From Obrimoposthia wandeli (Eukaryota), in contig CDROCS010000546.1 in assembly GCA_977020255.1 (NCBI GenBank), positions 62,001 to 126,000 on the forward strand: a DNA stretch of 64,000 nucleotides, read 5' to 3'. Made by a program: the position numbers and the translations under genes. The notes under the pieces were generated by a model. It was not told the origin of the DNA. It did not search any database and saw only the letters and a list, made by a program, of their open reading frames with translations. Numbering within the stretch: the stretch's first letter is position 1; each line of letters starts with the position of its first letter. Of the stretch, positions 1-8,250 are shown piece after piece.

Positions 1-1
1 A

Positions 2-283
2 GCCAGTGATGATAACCCAGCGGCTATTCCCACTGCAGCAATAGTCGGTATTCCTCTCTATATTAGAGTGACCGCTCTACTGCCACTAGTTGGCTCTTTT
101 CTCGCTAAAGGTGTCAGTATGGGAGCAATTATCGCGCTGATAATTGGCAGTGGCGGCGCCAGTTTACCAGAGGTGATTTTGCTAAAAAGACTGTTTCGCT
201 GGCCGCTGATGGTGGCGTTCCTAAGCGTTATTTTTTCCATGGCAGTGACTGCTGGCTTCACCATAAATTATATAGTCAGCTAG
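2..283 (+). CDS. Permease, DUF318/ArsP-like (3' part; 5' end outside window)
   Basis: Frame is open from base 2: ...NPAAIPTAAIVGIPLYIRVTALLPL...KGVSMGAIIALIIGSGGASLPEVILLKRLF. This resembles the C-terminus of DUF318/ArsP permeases. Confidence 0.8.
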   Translation, partial: ASDDNPAAIPTAAIVGIPLYIRVTALLPLVGSFLAKGVSMGAIIALIIGSGGASLPEVILLKRLFRWPLMVAFLSVIFSMAVTAGFTINYIVS

Positions 284-421
284 TTTTGTGTGGATGAAAA
301 CATTTGTCTAGCGCATCGCTTTTAAAACGATGCCTTTATATTATAAATGGCTAGTATTCACTTTAATGGGTATGGGTCAAATAACGGTCTCAAATAATCC
401 AATTAACACTTCGATTGTCAC

Positions 422-444
422 AATACCCCTCAAACGAGGGTATT
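422..444. promoter_or_regulatory. Palindromic candidate operator AATACCCCTC-AAAC-GAGGGTATT
   Basis: Imperfect inverted repeat about 100 bp upstream of the 547 gene. The 16-bp core recurs at 5476-5491. Confidence 0.5.
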
Positions 445-546
445 AAAAACGGCATCTATCCACTTTAATAGCCCGCTTAAACTATTAGCAATTGAGCAAT
501 CCCGACTACTACCCGCTGCTAATTTCACTAAAGGTCTATTAAATAA

Positions 547-2670
547 ATGCGATACCTCCCTATGCTGGCTCTGTTCGTTGCCGCTATTAGCTTAGCCTTT
601 TTAGGTTATCCACTGATGTCGACATCTTCGGGTGCCTCTAAAGAGCAAGTGGCATCTGACATTACAATTTCTTCCACCGTTAAATCCGCATGGCTACGCG
701 AGCGCTTACCTGACGATGCTCTGTTTTATGCTCGTATCCCCCCGCTCTGGTCTAGTCTTTCTTACTCTCAAGATAGCTTTAAATATGCATTGGGTAATTC
801 ACAGCACACCGAACTGATTGAACAATTGCAAAAGGCGAGTAAAGACTGGCTACAACAGGCAGATCCTGAATTAATTCCACTACTCAATTTGCTTGCGGGG
901 CAACTTGATGGGCCTTTAGAGGTAGCAGTACTGCCAAGTGCTCCAATGCCTCAGATACTCCTCTCTGCTAGTTTGAATTTACAACAGCCTCAACTGCTAA
1001 CAGCTATCATTGATAGCCTTAGCGAAGCTGGCATCGTCAAAAACGAGGTACGTGCCTTAAGTAATGGCCAAGGAGTATTGTTCACTGAGTTGGGAAGTAC
1101 ACCCTATCGCTGGGATAATGAGAGTAAACGTCTTGATATTTTATTACGTTTAGGAGGTGCTGATTTAGAAGCACTAGACACCGTATTCAACAATTTAACC
1201 TTAAATCCTGGTAGTCCAATGCTCGACAATGAACAGCAAATGGATGCTAGTACTAAAGGGTTATACTTTTGGTTTAACAACCAGCTCGCTTACGCTTTTT
1301 ACCAACCATTACTCGCCGCTGGTAATAGCTGGCTGAACGATTTTGCTATTGCAGAAATACGTACCTTGGCGCTTAGTTGGGGAGTTCGAAATAAGAAAGG
1401 TCGATTAAAAATTCAAGTTGATGCGCCGCACAGTAATTCACTGCGCCAGATATTGCCTGTTGCGGGTAACCATCTCGATTTAGCGACTGCTGGCACCCCT
1501 GTTTTTAGCCTGCTACTTAATATCCCTACATTGAAACAATTACAGCAAAGCAATGATCAGTTACAACGTTTAGGGTTGGAAAACGATATCCTCACTGCTT
1601 TACGAAGTCAGCTCTTTGCAACCGCGAATATAGAGTTACCGGCATTATTAGCGGCCATTGGTCCTGAGGCACTACTGATATCCGACGACGCAGGAGAATA
1701 CTTAGCCGTTAAAATTCGTGATCGAAATGTACTACGCACACTAGAAGCTTCGTTAGATGATACAAACAAAATCGCGGCGAAAACCTCTGGCATTAATCAT
1801 CTCAAGCTTGCTAACCCTTTAACTATGAATAGTAAAAAAGGTATAGGTCTGCCTTTTTACCTCGACGGCTTGCTACGTAATGTAGGGAGTCATTTTTATT
1901 GGCAGGTAGATAAAGATTATTTAATTATCGCCAGCCTAGCGCAAATTCTCAAAGATCGGCAGCAGCTATTGTCACAGCAAAATATTTCACAGTGGTTTAT
2001 TCAAGATCAGCGACAAGATCTTAGTAATAGTATCGCTGCATTATCACTCAGCATAGATCAAGCGCCTAAACGGATTTACTACGGCTATATTTCTGCCTTG
2101 CAACTTTTGGCAGATATCACAAAAGCAGAGATCGACACGACTACACTACCATCAGCAAGTGACCTTGCATTACCACAACGTGGTACTTTTGGTCTGCAAT
2201 TAGACTCTAGCGACAGTTTTTCAGCCCTAGAGCTAACTTTCGAAGCTACGCCAATGGATGTGTTACTCGTTGCCAAAGGATTGAGCAGTATCGCTGCAAT
2301 AGCAGGTGTCACCACACTTTTAGCCCCTACGTATCAAACATTTGAGTTTCGCGATATTACCAATCGTGCGTCCGATGCAGCAACCAATGCCAAACTAAGA
2401 TTACTGGGCTTTTATATTGAGCATCAGCGTTTTCCCAACGACACAGAAATCAGCGCTGTCAGTGCAGGTTTTAAAAATACAGCGGATTATCGTTTCACTC
2501 TTGCAGCTGATAGCGGCTTAATTAGTGTCACCTTTAAAGGTCCTTATCAAATATCTGGTGACCGTCTTGAGTTTCTCCCCAGTGTTAGCAACGGTGAGAT
2601 CAACTGGCAATGCAGTTCAAGTCTGCGACGTAAGTATCGCCCGTCTGGCTGTGATACATACACCCGATGA
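547..2670 (+). CDS. Large exported protein with C-terminal type IV pilin-like domain
   Basis: N-terminal hydrophobic signal/anchor. From about 2284, AIAGVTTLLAPTYQTF...FYIEHQRFP resembles pilin alpha1 (ILAAIAIPAYQDY...YYxxxGxFP). Ends in the pilin D-region WQC-x12-C (CSSSLRRKYRPSGC). Confidence 0.75.
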   Translation: MRYLPMLALFVAAISLAFLGYPLMSTSSGASKEQVASDITISSTVKSAWLRERLPDDALFYARIPPLWSSLSYSQDSFKYALGNSQHTELIEQLQKASKDWLQQADPELIPLLNLLAGQLDGPLEVAVLPSAPMPQILLSASLNLQQPQLLTAIIDSLSEAGIVKNEVRALSNGQGVLFTELGSTPYRWDNESKRLDILLRLGGADLEALDTVFNNLTLNPGSPMLDNEQQMDASTKGLYFWFNNQLAYAFYQPLLAAGNSWLNDFAIAEIRTLALSWGVRNKKGRLKIQVDAPHSNSLRQILPVAGNHLDLATAGTPVFSLLLNIPTLKQLQQSNDQLQRLGLENDILTALRSQLFATANIELPALLAAIGPEALLISDDAGEYLAVKIRDRNVLRTLEASLDDTNKIAAKTSGINHLKLANPLTMNSKKGIGLPFYLDGLLRNVGSHFYWQVDKDYLIIASLAQILKDRQQLLSQQNISQWFIQDQRQDLSNSIAALSLSIDQAPKRIYYGYISALQLLADITKAEIDTTTLPSASDLALPQRGTFGLQLDSSDSFSALELTFEATPMDVLLVAKGLSSIAAIAGVTTLLAPTYQTFEFRDITNRASDAATNAKLRLLGFYIEHQRFPNDTEISAVSAGFKNTADYRFTLAADSGLISVTFKGPYQISGDRLEFLPSVSNGEINWQCSSSLRRKYRPSGCDTYTR

Positions 2671-2755
2671 ACATATACGAGGGTAAACCTAATCATTTTT
2701 AAATTATGTCATGGCGCGGGTATTCTACTTGCTGCTTCAATCTAGAGGAAAAAAC

Positions 2756-3094
2756 ATGTACCAAAAATTGATCATCACAGCCGTGCTTAGCTTATTCTTA
2801 TTCAATAATGCCAACGCAGCTGTGGATAAAAACTGTCCTAAAATTGAGGCCACATCTGCAGCTATCGCTGTTGAAGCTGATAAGGCTTATACCCAACAAA
2901 GCTATACTTACGCTAATGATAAATTAAGTCAGCAAGTCAGTGATGCTGTCGCTATAATTAATTCACCCGCTTTTAGCTCTGCCGTTACAAAATTTAGTGA
3001 TACACCGAACGACCAAGACACCAAAGTGAGATCAGAATTGGCAGACGTCGCCGCGCTACTCTACCAGTGGGAAGGCGAAAACTGCTTCGAATAA
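2756..3094 (+). CDS. Small secreted hypothetical protein
   Basis: GAGG RBS before ATG 2756. Signal peptide ends ANA-A. Two Cys, one near each end of the mature chain. Confidence 0.7.
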   Translation: MYQKLIITAVLSLFLFNNANAAVDKNCPKIEATSAAIAVEADKAYTQQSYTYANDKLSQQVSDAVAIINSPAFSSAVTKFSDTPNDQDTKVRSELADVAALLYQWEGENCFE

Positions 3095-3107
3095 GCATTA
3101 AAAAACG

Positions 3108-4223
3108 TCAATGATAGGCGGAGCTGGCGGCAATTTTTGCCACAAGTTCCGCCTGCCTAGAAGCACCACACTTTTGGAAAATAATTTTCAACAGTGAACG
3201 TACAGTGTGAAGAGAGCGTCCGGTGTCAGTGCTAATTTGTTGTAAGCTCAGACCCTGAAATACCCCTTGTACAGTCTGAGCCTCAACAGGTGTTAAATCA
3301 AATAACCGTCGTAATATGACGATATCCAACTGGCGCTGTAAACTATTGATTGTCAACAAGCTGAAGCGCTGCTGCATACCTTGAGTTAATAGCGAGTCAC
3401 TGTCTTGGACATAGGGAGTGACCTTCAAATGATAACCACCGCCGTCCTCATTTAAATAATGGTTTTCACTACCTTGGATTAGTGCTGACAGCTGATACTG
3501 CGCATTAACTATTTTTTGTAACCACTGAAGACTCGATGATGGTAATTTTATCCGCTCATCTGCGCGCCTACCAATACTACTCTGTCGATGTAATAAATTT
3601 TCGAATGCACTATTCGTTTTAATAATTTTTAATTTTTGATCAACTAACACGGCAGCTTTATTTAAGTACTCTAACTCGATAGTTGTCTGTTGCCCCATAG
3701 CAAAAGCCTGTACTGCAGCGACAGCTGCACGTAAATGGGGCCGCAAGCGCGCCAGATACTCGGAACTACGATCTTCACTGTAACTTTGCTCGCCAGCCAG
3801 GCGTTGCAGTGTCAATTTCACTACCCGCTCTCGGTTATCATTCAATGTTAACCAGATAGAATAATCCGTGCCTATATGCGGCTGTACCCAATCGACATAA
3901 AACTCTGACTCTTTAAATTCTCGTAATGAAATAAGTTGATCTGAAATAAAAATACGATCAAACAGGCGCTTATCCGCTGCCGCTGCATTAGTGAGAACGT
4001 TTATTTTACTATAATGGCGCTGATAAAGGTCCATACCGCTGTCAGGGAAACCTTGAAAAACACCACCGAGCACCTGCATTGTACGATAGTCATCTATTTG
4101 AATTGAGCCACTACAACTATTTGTTTTACGTCGGATCAACTGTAATAGCATTTCCAGATACTGTGGCTGGGCAATCGAACGATAAAGCAAATCTACTTCT
4201 TGTGTAATATCACTTAAGCTCAT
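3108..4223 (-). CDS. LuxR-type HTH transcriptional regulator with N-terminal sensor (GAF/PAS-like) region
   Basis: C-terminal LTPVEAQTVQGVFQGLSLQQISTDTGRSLHTVRSLLKIIFQKCGASRQAELV is a LuxR/NarL HTH. Confidence 0.85.
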   Translation of the reverse strand: MSLSDITQEVDLLYRSIAQPQYLEMLLQLIRRKTNSCSGSIQIDDYRTMQVLGGVFQGFPDSGMDLYQRHYSKINVLTNAAAADKRLFDRIFISDQLISLREFKESEFYVDWVQPHIGTDYSIWLTLNDNRERVVKLTLQRLAGEQSYSEDRSSEYLARLRPHLRAAVAAVQAFAMGQQTTIELEYLNKAAVLVDQKLKIIKTNSAFENLLHRQSSIGRRADERIKLPSSSLQWLQKIVNAQYQLSALIQGSENHYLNEDGGGYHLKVTPYVQDSDSLLTQGMQQRFSLLTINSLQRQLDIVILRRLFDLTPVEAQTVQGVFQGLSLQQISTDTGRSLHTVRSLLKIIFQKCGASRQAELVAKIAASSAYH

Positions 4224-4263
4224 GTAGCAGCGAGAGGTACTAAAAACCCCGCTCTAGTTTTCA

Positions 4264-5397
4264 TTATTGATAAGCCAAACTATTCGCGACTTTCACCACT
4301 AATTCGGTTTGTCGATTAACTGCCGCTTTTTGGAAAATAGCCTTTAAAGCTGAGCGCACGGTATGCTCCGACCGCTGAGTCTGCTCACTAATCTGCTTAA
4401 TACTTAACCCCAGAAATATTTGCGACACTATCGCAGTTTCCCCACGGGTAAAGCCATAGAGCAGCTGTAATAGATCAAGATCTAGTTTCTTCTCGCGGGA
4501 TTTAATGGTCAACAACACCATTTGACGACGATCTTCGCGCAATAGCAGAGAATTATGTTGTGAACGATAAGGCAACACTTTGACATCGAAACTGTCGCCC
4601 TTATCACTGGTATAAATTAATTCGCTGCGTGTAATACTAGCTGCTTGGTACACGTCAATATTAGCATCGATACAACGCTCAATGTTATCCTGCAATGGCC
4701 ACTGAAATTCTAGAACATCCCCTATTTTTGTCCATAACCAAGAGCACTCTTGTAACAGTGATTGCGCATGCGAGTTACATTCAAGCATTGTGAAAGAGCG
4801 ATCTAGCAGCATTGCCGGATGATCGATATAATGCACTGAGCTTCCTTTATTCGAATGATTGCGTTGTACCTTCATTGCACGCATCGCGGATATCAAGAAT
4901 GGTCTCAGTTGCGCCAAGTATTGCTGCGCGCTACTTTGGTGATAGTTGCCTGCAGTTTGGTCGCGCTGTAATGTTAAAATCAGTGATTGCTGTTTATTGT
5001 AATCGAGTAAACAAGTTCCCAATGTATCGACAAAGCCTGCTTGAGGCTTAACCCACTCATTGTAAAAAGTGGAAGCCTCGAACAATTTCGGGTCCATCAG
5101 CTGCTCTAATGAAGGCGTTCCGGTATAGAATAAGGGTGACTTTACCGCCATTTTTTTAGCGATATCCAACGGTGCATAATGTTTGATATAGCTGGTAATA
5201 GCGCTATCGCTAAAACCTTGAAATATGCCATCGACCACAGCGTAACTAGCCAAATCATCTATTTGAATAGAGCCGCTCATGCTATTTGTCTTACGACGAA
5301 TGTTACTTAGTAACTGATCTAGATATTTGGGGTCAGAAACGGCTTGATACAGTAAATCTACTTCTTCAAAAATATCTATGCTTGCTGTCATTAGCAC
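4264..5397 (-). CDS. LuxR-type HTH transcriptional regulator, paralog of 3108-4223
   Basis: C-terminal FTRGETAIVSQIFLGLSIKQISEQTQRSEHTVRSALKAIFQKAAVNRQTELV. Shares SGSIQIDD, FQGFxDS and LTLQR motifs with its neighbour. Confidence 0.85.
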   Translation of the reverse strand: MLMTASIDIFEEVDLLYQAVSDPKYLDQLLSNIRRKTNSMSGSIQIDDLASYAVVDGIFQGFSDSAITSYIKHYAPLDIAKKMAVKSPLFYTGTPSLEQLMDPKLFEASTFYNEWVKPQAGFVDTLGTCLLDYNKQQSLILTLQRDQTAGNYHQSSAQQYLAQLRPFLISAMRAMKVQRNHSNKGSSVHYIDHPAMLLDRSFTMLECNSHAQSLLQECSWLWTKIGDVLEFQWPLQDNIERCIDANIDVYQAASITRSELIYTSDKGDSFDVKVLPYRSQHNSLLLREDRRQMVLLTIKSREKKLDLDLLQLLYGFTRGETAIVSQIFLGLSIKQISEQTQRSEHTVRSALKAIFQKAAVNRQTELVVKVANSLAYQ

Positions 5398-5475
5398 CTA
5401 CATCTGAATAATTATCAGCACTCCATCGCTATTGCTCTATTATATTCAGACTACGCTAGTTTTAGTTTTAATTCC

Positions 5476-5491
5476 CCCCTTAAATGAGGGG
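5476..5491. promoter_or_regulatory. Palindromic candidate operator CCCCTT-AAAT-GAGGGG
   Basis: Lies in the divergent region between the LuxR gene (5397) and the secreted gene (5697). Same core as 426-441. Confidence 0.5.
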
Positions 5492-5696
5492 TTCGCTACG
5501 GCGGAAAACACGAGATAATTCTCTTGCCATGAAGGCAACTCTAGAGTGTCGCTATCGCAATATGCGCTTATCTACACCTCTATCTTTTTAAACGAAGGTC
5601 TTTGCCAGGGATGGTTTTTTTCTTTTACATTGCGCTGCTTAATTGGCTATACAAATTACCCATATTTCGAAACAGCCCGACTTCTAAAGGTTTTAA

Positions 5697-6005
5697 ATGT
5701 CTAAACTAACTTTCAAGCAACTGATAGCCACTGTTATCACATTGTTTTCAATGTTGTATGTCCAAAGCGCTCTCGCCGGATCCGTACGTATTTACAATAA
5801 CGATTCCACGTTACATATTATCGAATTAAGTTGTGCTGGCAGCAGTAAAACCCTCGCCATTAAAAGCTCAAGCACATCGACTTATACCTTTCATTCAAGT
5901 CAGAACAATTGCAAAATTGTCGGCGGCAGCGTCAGTTTTCCTAGTGGGCAGCTCAGTGACGGGCAAGCATGGAAGATCGCTAATGGTAAAGCCTCAAAAA
6001 ATTAA
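5697..6005 (+). CDS. Small secreted beta-rich hypothetical protein
   Basis: Signal peptide ends ALA-G. Two Cys. Followed directly by a terminator. Confidence 0.75.
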   Translation: MSKLTFKQLIATVITLFSMLYVQSALAGSVRIYNNDSTLHIIELSCAGSSKTLAIKSSSTSTYTFHSSQNNCKIVGGSVSFPSGQLSDGQAWKIANGKASKN

Positions 6006-6023
6006 TGATCTTTTATAGACTTT

Positions 6024-6048
6024 AAAACCGCCGAATGGCGGTTTTTTT
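6024..6048 (+). terminator. Intrinsic terminator
   Basis: AAAACCGCC-GAAT-GGCGGTTTTTTT just after the 6005 stop. Confidence 0.85.
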
Positions 6049-6333
6049 ATGTTTCAAAATTAACGGCATAAAGCGGCATGATAATACCGTTGACCTGTAA
6101 TGATAAAAGACAAACAAATAAGGAATACATAGCGGATAAATAAACCCCATCTAGATACCCAATATTTCACTCTGCAAGTCCGATTTACACGCCATCACCC
6201 TCGATTCTTAGCGCCAAACTTCTTTAAGCATATGCCAGTATTAAATCAATTCGCCAGAGTGCATACATTTCACTGTAATATGAACCTATACTGTCTATAA
6301 TTAGTAAAACATAGAGTTATAGGACGTTCTAAT

Positions 6334-8127
6334 ATGCTAAAAAATGTTAAAATCACCCGTAAATTCCCTTTGGTGATGATTTCATTGGCACTCTTGTCAG
6401 CACTTGTAACAGGAATGATTGCTTATACCAGTACCGCTAAACACATCAAAAGTTCTGCCAATCAGCAATTGGTATCACTATTGGAATCCAGACGCGCCAG
6501 CTTGAACCAGTATTCAGATAGCATTAAACGCGATTTAGAATTCTTTTCCTCCAGCCCATTACTACGTGAAGCAATAGTTTCATTTTCAAACGCATGGCAT
6601 TCACTCCCCGAAGATAAAACAGGCTATTTAAAGCAACAGTATATTTATAAAAATCCGTACCGAGTGGGTCAAAAAGATGCATTTGCTGCGGCAGATGATC
6701 AAAGTCAATACAGTAAAGTTCACCGTAAATTTCACCCTACATTACGCAATTTATTGCAAGGCGAAGGCTATTATGACTTTTTTTTAATAGACCCTCTTGG
6801 CAATATAATTTACAGCGTAAATAAAGAGCAGGATTTCGCCACTAACTTATTCCACGGCGAATGGAAATCAACGGCAATAGCTAGAATATTTAACTTGATT
6901 AATGAACAACCTGCTGTCGGTGAAATCAGTTTTGCCGATTTTTCTTCTTACGCACCTAGCGCGGGAGAACCTGCAAGTTTTGTCGCCACCCCTATTTTTA
7001 GTGCGGAGACTAAATACTTAGGTACCGCGATGTTCCAACTGCCGATAGAAACGATTAACAAAATAATGCAAGTCACTGCAGGCATGGGCAACAGCGGGGA
7101 AACATATTTAGTGGGTCCCGATAAGCTAATGCGCTCCGATTCTCGATTTTTAAGAGATCGTAGTATATTAAATACGTTGGTAGATACCCCCTCTTCGAAA
7201 GCCGCCTTGGCGGGTGAAACCTCCAGTCGGATTATTAAGGACTATCGCGATATTGCAGTATTCTCCGCCTATAGCTCAGTTGAATTCCTCGGCGCTACTT
7301 GGGCTATTATTGCCGAGATAGATGAGACAGAGATCATGGCGCCTATTGAGTCTATTCGTAGCTTCCTCTGGATTAGCGGCTTGATGATTGCGCTGGTCAT
7401 TTCGATCGTCGGCTACATATTAGCCACTGATATTTCTGAGCCTATCATAAAGATGACAGGGATGATGAACCAGCTCTCAAATAATAACCTCGAAGTCGAT
7501 ATCAGTGTTGAAGAGCGCCGAGATGAGGTGGGCCATATGGCAAATGCGATGCAAGTCTTTAAACGCAACGCGCAAGAGCGTGAGCAACTCCAGCAAGCAT
7601 TAGCACATATAGCAGATCACGACACATTAACGGGTTCATACACTCGAAAGTACGCGATGGACAAACTCCCCCTCCTGTTAGAAAGCGCAAAACAGCAGTA
7701 TTCAAAAGTGGTCATGATGTTTATTGACCTTGACGATTTCAAGTTGATCAACGATATTCATGGGCATCAAACGGGAGATATCGTTCTCAGTCAAGTCGCC
7801 ATAAAATTACAGGAAAATGTTCGCAAAGAGGACATTGTGGCACGTATTGGTGGTGACGAATTTATTATTATCCTACCCAAGATTGAAAGCATTGATGAGG
7901 GCTTAGAGATTGCAGACAATATACTAGCAGCTGTTCGCCCGCAGCTTCCTGTGATTGGAGATAGTTCGCGTATTACACTGAGTATTGGGTTATCTATTTA
8001 TCCAAACGATGCCAATAATGCCAGCGACTTGCTGTCCCACGCTGATATGGCGATGTACAGTGCCAAAGGACAAGGAAAGAATACTGTTAATGCATGGAAC
8101 CCTTCTATGCAAAGAGTGACCAGTTAA
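6334..8127 (+). CDS. Membrane diguanylate cyclase (Cache-like periplasmic sensor, HAMP, GGDEF)
   Basis: Two TM segments. YDFFLID and FADFSSYAPS Cache-type motifs. HAMP region. RKED I-site followed by RIGGDEF. Confidence 0.9.
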   Translation: MLKNVKITRKFPLVMISLALLSALVTGMIAYTSTAKHIKSSANQQLVSLLESRRASLNQYSDSIKRDLEFFSSSPLLREAIVSFSNAWHSLPEDKTGYLKQQYIYKNPYRVGQKDAFAAADDQSQYSKVHRKFHPTLRNLLQGEGYYDFFLIDPLGNIIYSVNKEQDFATNLFHGEWKSTAIARIFNLINEQPAVGEISFADFSSYAPSAGEPASFVATPIFSAETKYLGTAMFQLPIETINKIMQVTAGMGNSGETYLVGPDKLMRSDSRFLRDRSILNTLVDTPSSKAALAGETSSRIIKDYRDIAVFSAYSSVEFLGATWAIIAEIDETEIMAPIESIRSFLWISGLMIALVISIVGYILATDISEPIIKMTGMMNQLSNNNLEVDISVEERRDEVGHMANAMQVFKRNAQEREQLQQALAHIADHDTLTGSYTRKYAMDKLPLLLESAKQQYSKVVMMFIDLDDFKLINDIHGHQTGDIVLSQVAIKLQENVRKEDIVARIGGDEFIIILPKIESIDEGLEIADNILAAVRPQLPVIGDSSRITLSIGLSIYPNDANNASDLLSHADMAMYSAKGQGKNTVNAWNPSMQRVTS

Positions 8128-8206
8128 GAAAATAGCCTATTGTCCCCGTTAACATATAACCCTCGTTACCGGTTTTAGTATTACCATCAGCTGATTTATT
8201 TCGGTC

Positions 8207-8236
8207 AAAAAAAACCGCCATTTGGCGGTTTTTTTT
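8207..8236. terminator. Bidirectional intrinsic terminator
   Basis: A-tract, CCGCC stem, T-tract, between the convergent DGC and mmsA genes. Confidence 0.85.
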
Positions 8237-8250
8237 ATCAGGGTCTTAAC

